Assembly (NCBI GenBank): GCA_045543075.1 | Contig: JAZQLZ010000025.1 | Coordinates: 27,681-91,680, forward strand | Length of the DNA: 64,000 nt | From: Acutalibacteraceae bacterium | Lineage (GTDB): Bacteria > Bacillota > Clostridia > Oscillospirales > Acutalibacteraceae | Direction: 5' to 3' | In this document: positions 56,543 to 64,000 of the stretch, piece by piece | Position numbering within the stretch: the first letter of the stretch is position 1 | Layout of the letters: every line of letters starts with the position of its first letter | Notes under the pieces: generated by a model | Databases searched by the model: none | What the model saw: only the letters and a program-made list of their open reading frames with translations | Told to the model about the DNA's origin: nothing | Made by a program: the position numbers and the translations under genes

Positions 56543-58066
56543 TTAAAGTATAAAGATTAATGTTACAAGCATACAAGCCGTAAAATAACAATGTACCGTT
56601 ATCACTGCTTTGTTCTTTTTAAGGAAGAGTTTGAAAAGGTCTTTTTTAGTATATTCTTCATCTGAATTTTTGATTTCTCTCTTGAATATTCTGAATGCAC
56701 GAAGTCCAAGCCAGGAGAGGGTAAGTAATTCATAACCAAAGGTATAAAGTAAAATTGTACCGATTATACCAAAGTCAAAAGAGAATATACACTGTACAAT
56801 AAAAATGGCGAGAGCTATAACTCCCAAAGGAATTTTAACTGCTAAGTCATATTTTTTTGTAAGGCTCTTTTCAAGACCTACCTCCTGTGCAATTACAAGG
56901 AATAACAGGAAGAATGAGGAAATCAGAGCAGCTTCCTTTGAGCCTAAACAAATCAATATAAAGGGGATTGCGCAATATAAAACAGGCTCAATCTTTTCGG
57001 TGAAATCATCGTAAATATCATAACCGCGGGGTACTGCTGTAACTGCCTTTAAGCGCTTAACAGCGTATTGCTCCTGGGTAATCTGTTTTCTTTTAAGCTG
57101 TCGCTTAAGCTCCTTTTTGGTAATGGGGCGTTTGACGAAATAATGTACCATATCGCCCATAAGAAGAACAACCCATATAATAAACAATACTAAAGCAAGG
57201 ATTTTATTATAGGGGAGAAGACCATCATTTTTTTCAAGGTTATAAAGAGTGAGTTTAAATTGCTCATAGCTTAATAAGAAGCCTGCTGCCGCACCGAGTC
57301 CGCCGAAAGCGCCCAGAACACATTCCATTATTTTCCAGGAATCCACACCGTTTTTGGAAGACAGTCTGCGACAAAACCGTGATTTTGAATTTTCGGCATT
57401 GTGTATTGAGTAAATCTGCAAAAGCTGACCCACAATCCAGCCTGCACCGCCAAAAACAGCACAGCTGAAGCTGAAAACAAGGGTTATAACATTTAATTTA
57501 ATAATTGCAAAAATTATAAGGACAAGGAAGGCACCGAGTAAAGCGCCCCAGCTTTCCTGTCGGGTTTTGGAAAAGTAAATTTTAGGAAATTTCTTTTCTT
57601 TGATATTAAGGGGTTTGTTAAATAAAAAGTATCCGCCAACTGCGGCAGCAGGTGTGAGGATAAATATAAGAACCAATTCAAGAGCTGAGTATGTATAACA
57701 AACTGCATTTAAACCCGTTGTGAATACGGCACCGAATAAACCGAACCACAAAAAGCCTTTTACGAATAAGGCGATAAGACCTTTTTTCATGTTTTCTGCG
57801 GGTTTTGTGTTCATGGAAAGACCGAGGGTTTCCCCATAGGTCATTGAGCCGCCAAGATACATCGCAACTGCACCAAGAGCCGCAAATATATAAAAGTGCT
57901 CCTGTGCAATAAGTATTTTACTGAAAACCGCAATAACAAGACCTATCATTGCGCCCGGTAGCATTGCGCCTTTTTCGCCGCCTATAGTTGTACCGCGCAT
58001 ACCCCAAGCGTAGGATGTTCCCACAACAAGGGTTATTATAAGAGCTGTTGCTGTAATGATATCCAT
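56543..58066 (-). CDS. Large polytopic membrane protein, function unknown
   Basis: 507 aa, at least 12 predicted TM segments and a basic cytoplasmic loop (KKELKRQLKRKQITQEQYAVKRLK). Start overlaps the GNAT stop by 1 nt. Confidence 0.6.
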   Translation of the reverse strand: MDIITATALIITLVVGTSYAWGMRGTTIGGEKGAMLPGAMIGLVIAVFSKILIAQEHFYIFAALGAVAMYLGGSMTYGETLGLSMNTKPAENMKKGLIALFVKGFLWFGLFGAVFTTGLNAVCYTYSALELVLIFILTPAAAVGGYFLFNKPLNIKEKKFPKIYFSKTRQESWGALLGAFLVLIIFAIIKLNVITLVFSFSCAVFGGAGWIVGQLLQIYSIHNAENSKSRFCRRLSSKNGVDSWKIMECVLGAFGGLGAAAGFLLSYEQFKLTLYNLEKNDGLLPYNKILALVLFIIWVVLLMGDMVHYFVKRPITKKELKRQLKRKQITQEQYAVKRLKAVTAVPRGYDIYDDFTEKIEPVLYCAIPFILICLGSKEAALISSFFLLFLVIAQEVGLEKSLTKKYDLAVKIPLGVIALAIFIVQCIFSFDFGIIGTILLYTFGYELLTLSWLGLRAFRIFKREIKNSDEEYTKKDLFKLFLKKNKAVITVHCYFTACMLVTLIFIL

Positions 58067-58632
58067 TACTTTTCCTCCGTTAGCTTCTTGCCGTAGGCAT
58101 AGCCTGTTTTTTTAGCATTAAGTAAGGTAAAGCCGTTTTTCTCATAGAATTTCTGAGCGCGCACATTATCGTAGCCCACTATAAGCATCACACCCTTGAT
58201 GCCTTTTTCTTTGAGATTATTGCAGAAGGTATCAATCATTGCGGAGCCGTAACCCTTACTGCGAAATTCTCCGAAAATATCAATATGTAAATGAGCAGGG
58301 TATTCCTCTTTGTAAATATCGTGATTGTACATTTCAACCTGAGCATCTGCAGTAAATATGCCGTCGTTGATTTCAGCTATTCTCTCAAGATATTTTGTCA
58401 TATTTTTGTGATAGGTATCGTAATCTGAAGCGCCGTAAACATAGCCCATCGCCACATCGTTTTCATCAGTTACAACAACGCAGTTCTCAGGCTCTTTTTC
58501 AATATAATAAAGACAAAACATCTGCTTTACATACTGATTAATGGGAGTTTTCTGCTCATCTTTGTCATAAGTATCAAGACAAATATTTATAATCTGTTCG
58601 TAATCTTTGGGTTCATACATTCTTATAGCCAA
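58066..58632 (-). CDS. GNAT-family N-acetyltransferase
   Basis: 188 aa with acetyl-CoA-binding region FRSKGYGSAMI and C-terminal FYEKNGF. Confidence 0.85.
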   Translation of the reverse strand: MAIRMYEPKDYEQIINICLDTYDKDEQKTPINQYVKQMFCLYYIEKEPENCVVVTDENDVAMGYVYGASDYDTYHKNMTKYLERIAEINDGIFTADAQVEMYNHDIYKEEYPAHLHIDIFGEFRSKGYGSAMIDTFCNNLKEKGIKGVMLIVGYDNVRAQKFYEKNGFTLLNAKKTGYAYGKKLTEEK

Positions 58633-58732
58633 TTAAAACACCTCACAATTTCTTCCATTATATATAAAAAGTATTTAAAAGTCTATTTATTTTTAAATTT
58701 AATTGTGGTAATATGTCAAAGAGGTGGTTATT

Positions 58733-59656
58733 ATGAAAAAAATCAACACAGGTGTTTATCCCACAATGCTTACACCTTTTACTGATGATAATAAAATCGA
58801 TTACAACGGAGTTAAACAAATACTTGAATGGTACGAGAAGAAGGGGACGGACGGCATTTTTGCAATCTGCCAGAGCAGTGAGATTTTTTACCTTTCCTTT
58901 GAAGAAAGACTCGAGCTGCTTAAATTTGTTATGGCAAACAAGCCCGAGGGTATGTGCGTTGTAGCATCGGGACACACTTCCGATGACCTTGATGTTCAGA
59001 TTGCCGAAGCTAAAGCCTTTATAGAAACCGGTATTGATGCCTATGTTTTCATTTCAAACCGTTTTGCCAAAGAGGACGAGGACGACGATATACTTCTTAA
59101 GAATATGGAATATGTAGCAAATGCCTTACCCGAGATTCCTCTGGGTGTTTATGAGTGTCCGTATCCTTATAAGCGCGAGCTTACACCCTATGTAATGAAG
59201 AAAATGGCTGAGTCCGGCAGATATATGTTTATAAAAGACACTTGCTGTGACCTTGGTAAAATTCAGGCGAAGCTTGATGCAATCAAGGGCAGTGATATTA
59301 TGATTTTCAACGCTAACGGTGCAACCTTTGCAGAGAGTATGAGGATGGGTTGCCACGGTTATTCCGGTGTTATGGCTAACTTCCATCCCGAGCTTTACTC
59401 CCAGCTTATTGAAGCTATTGATAAGGGCGACGATGAGAAAGCAGTATTCCTTGAAAATATGGTCGGCTTTTTCTCCCTTACCGAGTGTCAGTGTTACCCC
59501 GTAAATGCCAAATACTATATGAGCCTTGACGGTGTTGACATCGGCATTATGACAAGAACAAGAAATCCCGCCGACTTATTCCCGGCACGCAAAAAAGAAA
59601 TTGAGCAAATGCACACATTTACTCAGGAAATGAAAGCTAAATATAACTTAAGATAA
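58733..59656 (+). CDS. Dihydrodipicolinate synthase / N-acetylneuraminate lyase family (class I aldolase) protein
   Basis: DapA-fold length and pattern (YPTMLTPFTDDNKIDYNGV, Schiff-base Lys context FIKDTC, YECPYP). The usual GxxGE motif is replaced by CQSSE. ATG 58733 follows GAGGTGG. Confidence 0.7.
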   Translation: MKKINTGVYPTMLTPFTDDNKIDYNGVKQILEWYEKKGTDGIFAICQSSEIFYLSFEERLELLKFVMANKPEGMCVVASGHTSDDLDVQIAEAKAFIETGIDAYVFISNRFAKEDEDDDILLKNMEYVANALPEIPLGVYECPYPYKRELTPYVMKKMAESGRYMFIKDTCCDLGKIQAKLDAIKGSDIMIFNANGATFAESMRMGCHGYSGVMANFHPELYSQLIEAIDKGDDEKAVFLENMVGFFSLTECQCYPVNAKYYMSLDGVDIGIMTRTRNPADLFPARKKEIEQMHTFTQEMKAKYNLR

Positions 59657-59950
59657 AAAAATACTGCCTGACTTTCGAGGCGCACTCCGTAAGGAAGTGC
59701 GCCTCAGTTATATTCGCCTTACGGCGAGTGATATTGCTTCGCAGTGATATTATGCTACGCATAGTGATATTGTCCTTCGGACAGTTTTAGGGCGAATATA
59801 ATATCACGAAAACCGCAAGGTTTTCATATCACTTTTGCCTTTGGGCAAAAATATCACTGCAAACGACAGTTTGCAATATCACTTTACCTGCCGAGAAAGA
59901 TATTCTTTATTTTCGGCAAATATTACCTTTCTCAAAGTATGTAACCCACT

Positions 59951-59992
59951 ATGACACTTTCACAATTCTTGTGTAAAGTGTCATTTGTTTTG
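59951..59992 (+). terminator. Plus-strand intrinsic terminator inside the hairpin block
   Basis: ATGACACTTT-CACA...TGTG-T-AAAGTGTCAT (14 bp, one bulge) followed by TTGTTTTG. Confidence 0.7.
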
Positions 59993-59995
59993 TGA

Positions 59996-60040
59996 AGATA
60001 AAAGCTGAGGGAGACAACTTCTTTACGAAGTGTCTCCCTC
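59996..60040 (-). terminator. Minus-strand intrinsic terminator after the ACT-domain gene
   Basis: GAGGGAGACA...TGTCTCCCTC (60007-60040) with inner ACTTC/GAAGT pairing, followed on minus by AGCUUUUAUCUU. Confidence 0.7.
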
Positions 60041-60059
60041 GGTCAGGCAGTTTTCTTTA

Positions 60060-60494
60060 TCAGAAATTTTCGATATCTTCCTGGTTGAGAGAGCGGATGT
60101 TATTATCTACAAGAGCTTTCGTTGCCAGAGCATCGTCATGAACTCTGAAAATCATATATGCGTGGTTTTTCTCCTTCTTACCGAGGAAGGCGTACATATA
60201 TTCAATGTTAAGTCCTTCTTCTTCAAGCACATTAAGTACTTTATTCACACCACCGGGTACATTGGGAATCGCAACACCCAAAACATTTGTAACGGAGTGA
60301 ATATAACCTGCATCTTTTAAAACTGTTGTAGCTGCGTAAACATTATCAACAATAATTCTGACAATACCGAAATCGGCAGTTTCTGCAAGGGATAATGCGC
60401 GCATATCAATATTGTTTTCAGCGAGCACTGAGGTCATAGCACTCATAGCACCGGGTTTATTTTCAACGAAAACTGAAATCTGTTTAATGCTCAT
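60060..60494 (-). CDS. ACT-domain protein
   Basis: Two ACT-like repeats (ISVFVENKPGAMSAMTSVLAENNIDM). ATG 60494 follows GGAGG; the track start 60527 overlaps paaK. Confidence 0.8.
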   Translation of the reverse strand: MSIKQISVFVENKPGAMSAMTSVLAENNIDMRALSLAETADFGIVRIIVDNVYAATTVLKDAGYIHSVTNVLGVAIPNVPGGVNKVLNVLEEEGLNIEYMYAFLGKKEKNHAYMIFRVHDDALATKALVDNNIRSLNQEDIENF

Positions 60495-60507
60495 AATATT
60501 ACCTCCG

Positions 60508-61809
60508 TTAAATTTTTCGTTTATCAATTACTCGTACTGCTTTACCTTCGCTTCTTACGATTGATTTAGGTGCAACCAATGTAACCTTAGCAGAGATACC
60601 GAGCATTGAGCGTAAGCCTTCAACAAGCTCCTTCTGTCTGCGGTTGATATCACCAACATTATCGGCGAACATTTCGGGTGTCATTTCAACCTGAACATCA
60701 AGGGTGTCGGTGTTTTTAACTCTGTCAACTATAATCTGATAGTTTGCGGAGTAGCCCTGATTAATAAGAACTGTTTCAATCTGTGAGGGGAATACATTAA
60801 CACCTCTGATAATGAGCATATCGTCGCTTCTGCCCATTGGCTTACACATTTTTACGTGTGTTCTGCCACAGGGGCAGGGCTCGTAATTAAGCATACATAT
60901 ATCCTTTGTTCTGTAACGAAGAAGGGGGAATGCCTCTTTAGTAATTGAGGTAAATACAAGCTCACCTTTTGAACCCTCGGGAAGAACCTCGCCTGTATCG
61001 GGGTCAATAATTTCAGCAATAAAGTGGTCTTCATTAATGTGCATACCACTTTGTGCAGAACACTCAAAAGCAACACCGGGTCCTGAAAGCTCAGTAAGAC
61101 CATAGATGTCATAAGCCTTTATGCCAAGGGAGTTTTCAATATCACGACGCATTTCCTCACTCCAGGCTTCTGCACCGAAGATACCTGCTTTAAGTGAGAG
61201 TTGGTCTTTGGTGATGCCCATTTCCTTCATTGATTCAGCAAGATAAGCGGCGTAAGAAGGGGTACAACAAAGGATTGAAGCCTGTAAATCCTGAATAAAC
61301 ATAATCTGTCGTTCTGTGTTACCAGATGAAACTGGAAGTGTAAGACAGCCTGCCTTGTGGCTACCGCCATGAAGTCCCATACCGCCGGTGAAAAGTCCGT
61401 AGCCGTAAGCGACGTGACAAACATCTTCGTTAGTTGCACCTGCGGCAACGAGAGCTCTTGCACAACAGTCTTCCCATAAATCCACATCGTGTTGAGTGTA
61501 GAAAGCGACAACTCTTTTACCCGTTGTGCCTGAAGTTGAGTGAATACGTACACAGTCCTTGAGGGGAGCTGCAAGAAGTCCGTAAGGATAGCCCTCACGC
61601 AAATCGTCCTTAGTAACAAAGGGGAGCTTGTGAAGGTCTTCGATACCCTTTATATCATCGGGAGTAACACCTTTATCTTCCATCTTTTTACGATAATAAG
61701 GCACATTATCCCAAACATGCTTTACCTGTTTAACAAGTCTTTCACTCTGCCAAGCTTTGATTTGTTCCTTGCTTGCGGTTTCAATTTCAGGTTGATAGTA
61801 ACGTTCCAT
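60508..61809 (-). CDS. paaK: Phenylacetate-CoA ligase family adenylate-forming enzyme
   Basis: 433 aa, AMP motif HSTSGTTGKRVV, YGLTE and PaaK-type C-terminal domain. The usual partner ACT gene lies downstream. Confidence 0.88.
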   Translation of the reverse strand: MERYYQPEIETASKEQIKAWQSERLVKQVKHVWDNVPYYRKKMEDKGVTPDDIKGIEDLHKLPFVTKDDLREGYPYGLLAAPLKDCVRIHSTSGTTGKRVVAFYTQHDVDLWEDCCARALVAAGATNEDVCHVAYGYGLFTGGMGLHGGSHKAGCLTLPVSSGNTERQIMFIQDLQASILCCTPSYAAYLAESMKEMGITKDQLSLKAGIFGAEAWSEEMRRDIENSLGIKAYDIYGLTELSGPGVAFECSAQSGMHINEDHFIAEIIDPDTGEVLPEGSKGELVFTSITKEAFPLLRYRTKDICMLNYEPCPCGRTHVKMCKPMGRSDDMLIIRGVNVFPSQIETVLINQGYSANYQIIVDRVKNTDTLDVQVEMTPEMFADNVGDINRRQKELVEGLRSMLGISAKVTLVAPKSIVRSEGKAVRVIDKRKI

Positions 61810-61823
61810 TTTTGTTTGTCTCC

Positions 61824-64000
61824 TTAGTGTATCAGTTTACCTTTGTTATAAATCTTGATATTGGTTGTATCGCCATCCAAATTGTAGTTTACGATTTCGC
61901 CGTTTTTCCACTCAATATCAACAGTGATATTACCCATTGCCTTAAGACCTGTAACCTTTCCGTTTTTCCAGCTTGAGGGTAATGCGGGTAAGAGGAAAAT
62001 CTTGCCCTGTCTTGACTGTAAGAGCATTTCGCAGATACCGCTTGTGCAACCGTAGTTACCGTCAATCTGGAAGGGGGGATGTGCATCGAAAAGGTTGGGA
62101 TATGTACCGCCGCCGCGATAACGTAAGTTTTTACCTGCCGGTACGGGACGAAGCTGCATATCCAGTAATTTCAGTGCGTGGTCACCGTCCCAGAGTCTTG
62201 CCCACATATTTATTTTCCAGCCAAGGCTCCAGCCTGTGCCGTTGTCACCGCGAAGCTCAAGTGAGCGGATACAGGCTTTTGCGAGGTCGGGGGTTTCGTC
62301 CGGTGTAATCTGATAACCGGGATGAAGTCCGTAAAGATGTGATTTGTGGCGGTGTGTGGGCTCGTGCTCTTTAAGCTCCTTGTACCATTCGAGCATTTCA
62401 CCACGGCTGCCGATCTGATAGGGTAAAAGTCGGGGAATTGCCGCTTTGGCGGCTTCGATATCCTCATCACTTTTACCGAGGATTTCCGCTGCCTGAACCG
62501 TATTTGTAAGAACCTCGCGCACAAGCGCCATTGTCATTGTGGTGGTTTCGCTGACACTCATTGCCACACCATCAATTAAGAATTCATTTTCGGGTGAGGT
62601 TGAGGGGCTCATAATGAGATAGCCGTCTTTTTCAACCAACATATCAAGAACGAATTGAATACATTTTTTAAGAATGGGATATGCGGTTTCTTCCAGATAT
62701 TTAACATCGTTAGTGTATAAATAATGGTTGAATACATGCTGACAGAGCCATACGCCTGACATGGGCCAGAAGCCCCACTGAGCATCACCACAGGCAGGGT
62801 CGCAGTAACGCCATATATCAATATTATGGTGACCGCAGAAACCACGGGCGTTATAAATGTGTTTAGCTGTTTTTTCACCCTTTACCGATAAATCGGATAC
62901 CAACTGAATAACGGGCTGATTAAACTCGTGAAGGTTGCACATAAGAACGGGCCAGTAGTTCATTTCGGTGTTGATGTTTACTGTGTAGTTCGAGCTCCAT
63001 GGTGGAGCGATTTTATCGTTCCATATACCCTGGAGGTTGGTTGCCTGGCTTCCTGCACGGGATCCTGCAATAACAAGGTATCTGCCGAAATTGAACATAA
63101 GAGAATAAAGAGCAATATCCTGAGCACCGTTATCGTGCTTTATAAGACGCTTATCGGTAGGAATGTCACCCTTATTATCAGAACCGATATCGAGAGAAAC
63201 TCTGTTGAAGAATGATGAGAAATCATCGATATGCTCCTTTTCGAGTGTTGCATAGGGGATTTTCGAAACATCGTTAAGGTGATTAAGGCAGGCATTTTTG
63301 TATTCCTTACCTTCAAGAACGGGATGCATGTCAAAGCCGTTGAATGAGTTTTCGGTGCAGAAAATTATTGTGGCTTCTTTAGCTTCTGTTACGGTGATTG
63401 AGTTTTTATTCTCGGTAACCTTACCGTCGGTAATAACCTTAAGAGCGCAACGGAAATACATACCCTGTTCTTCGGGCTTATCCGAATATTCAGGGTCATT
63501 TTTGTAGATATCCAGATCACGGTTAGCAGGGGAGTTTGAAGGACATCTGCCGTCAAGAATAAGAACACCGTTCTCAACAAATGAAGTACCTTTTAATTTT
63601 GTTTTTAAGGAAACAGTGAAGTTGATACCATTGCTGTTATCAGCCGTAATTCTGTCAATATAAGCATCCGCAGGGGATGATACAAATGATTTTCTTGTAA
63701 AATTAGTATTACCGCGTGAATATTCAACGGTATTTACACCTGTTTCAAGGTCAAGTGTTCTTGAATAATTCTTACGGGGGAATGTGGGCTTGTATTTAAT
63801 ATTGATATCACAAAGGGGCATATATGCCTGAGAGCAGGTAGCGAGTACGTTTTCCTCAATAATATCCTGACCCTTGCGGTATTCGCCTTTGAGAACCAGC
63901 TCTCTTGCTTCCAGGAACTTCTCGTTACAATCGTCTTTTAAGATAGTTTCACGGGGGAAGCCTGTCCAGAGAGAGTCTGAATTCATTGAAATAGTTTCCT
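61824..64000 (-). CDS. Glycoside hydrolase family 95 alpha-L-fucosidase (N-terminus outside window)
   Basis: NLQGIWN motif, WSSNYTVNINTEMNYWP and PPFQIDGN motifs typical of GH95. The frame is still open at position 64000. Confidence 0.85.
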   Translation of the reverse strand, partial: ETISMNSDSLWTGFPRETILKDDCNEKFLEARELVLKGEYRKGQDIIEENVLATCSQAYMPLCDINIKYKPTFPRKNYSRTLDLETGVNTVEYSRGNTNFTRKSFVSSPADAYIDRITADNSNGINFTVSLKTKLKGTSFVENGVLILDGRCPSNSPANRDLDIYKNDPEYSDKPEEQGMYFRCALKVITDGKVTENKNSITVTEAKEATIIFCTENSFNGFDMHPVLEGKEYKNACLNHLNDVSKIPYATLEKEHIDDFSSFFNRVSLDIGSDNKGDIPTDKRLIKHDNGAQDIALYSLMFNFGRYLVIAGSRAGSQATNLQGIWNDKIAPPWSSNYTVNINTEMNYWPVLMCNLHEFNQPVIQLVSDLSVKGEKTAKHIYNARGFCGHHNIDIWRYCDPACGDAQWGFWPMSGVWLCQHVFNHYLYTNDVKYLEETAYPILKKCIQFVLDMLVEKDGYLIMSPSTSPENEFLIDGVAMSVSETTTMTMALVREVLTNTVQAAEILGKSDEDIEAAKAAIPRLLPYQIGSRGEMLEWYKELKEHEPTHRHKSHLYGLHPGYQITPDETPDLAKACIRSLELRGDNGTGWSLGWKINMWARLWDGDHALKLLDMQLRPVPAGKNLRYRGGGTYPNLFDAHPPFQIDGNYGCTSGICEMLLQSRQGKIFLLPALPSSWKNGKVTGLKAMGNITVDIEWKNGEIVNYNLDGDTTNIKIYNKGKLIH

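Larger units (their letters stand above)
59664..60050. repeat. ORF-free block of about 11 mini-hairpins separated by heptamer GTGATAT / ATATCAC, bracketed by a 9-bp inverted repeat
   Basis: AGTkATATT occurs at 59706, 59727, 59743 and 59763. ATATCAC occurs at 59801, 59826, 59851 and 59876 (exact 25-bp period), and the first three are each followed by a perfect 7-4-7 hairpin. The inverted repeat is CTGCCTGAC (59664-59672) / GTCAGGCAG (60042-60050). See findings. Confidence 0.8.

Noticed and set aside
58658-58975. 105-aa minus-strand ORF across the GNAT/DapA-like divergent promoter region.
   Set aside because: It overlaps the 5' part of the DapA-family CDS in antisense, and it has no SD or recognisable domain.
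59801-59882. The 25-bp periodic ATATCAC units could be read as a miniature CRISPR array.
   Set aside because: The constant part is only 7 nt and the variable parts are 18-nt perfect palindromes rather than unique spacers. The opposite-orientation copies lie 30 bp away. No cas genes or leader occur in the window.
60030-60320. 96-aa plus-strand ORF starting in the hairpin block.
   Set aside because: It is antisense to the well-supported ACT-domain gene and begins inside a terminator hairpin. No RBS.

Overview
AT-rich Firmicutes/Clostridia-type chromosomal segment. A dockerin remnant, split transketolase and the tilS-hpt-ftsH and miaB-ymcA-mutS-mutL-miaA gene orders suggest a Ruminococcus/Oscillospiraceae-like organism; this is inference only. 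Positions 1 to about 43.3 kb are densely packed housekeeping genes: dnaB, tilS-hpt-ftsH, thyX, miaB-ymcA-mutS-mutL-miaA, ylmE-sepF-divIVA-lspA-rluD, split tkt, pyrR-uracil permease, an acn-icd-rex operon, tepA-uppP-ftsK, rpsB-tsf and a guaA-like gene. From 43.3 kb to the end the content becomes accessory. It begins with a decayed tyrosine-integrase element directly after guaA. A carbohydrate-salvage cluster follows: secreted permuted GH3, NahK-like kinase, GlmU-N-like nucleotidyltransferase, ketopantoate-reductase-like and HAD genes. Next come a cytoplasmic beta-helix protein, a YtrA-type GntR/ABC module, a GNAT plus polytopic membrane protein pair, a DapA-family lyase, an ACT/PaaK pair and a partial GH95 fucosidase. 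No rRNA, tRNA, CRISPR array or intact mobile element was seen. The signals least explained by standard annotation are the following. (1) A roughly 390-bp ORF-free convergent intergenic block (59664-60050) holds about 11 mini-hairpins separated by a heptamer and its reverse complement, with an exact 25-bp period in the right half. (2) A GC-rich, roughly 177-nt minus-strand structured RNA (26031-26207) has 6S-like architecture. (3) ftsH codes its N-terminal transmembrane and extracytoplasmic domain upstream of any ATG/GTG/TTG, implying an ATT start. (4) Several housekeeping enzymes have unusual domain architecture: TRAM-less MiaB, GATase-less GuaA, fused double ThyX and permuted GH3. All coordinates were read by eye and no computation or database search was possible.
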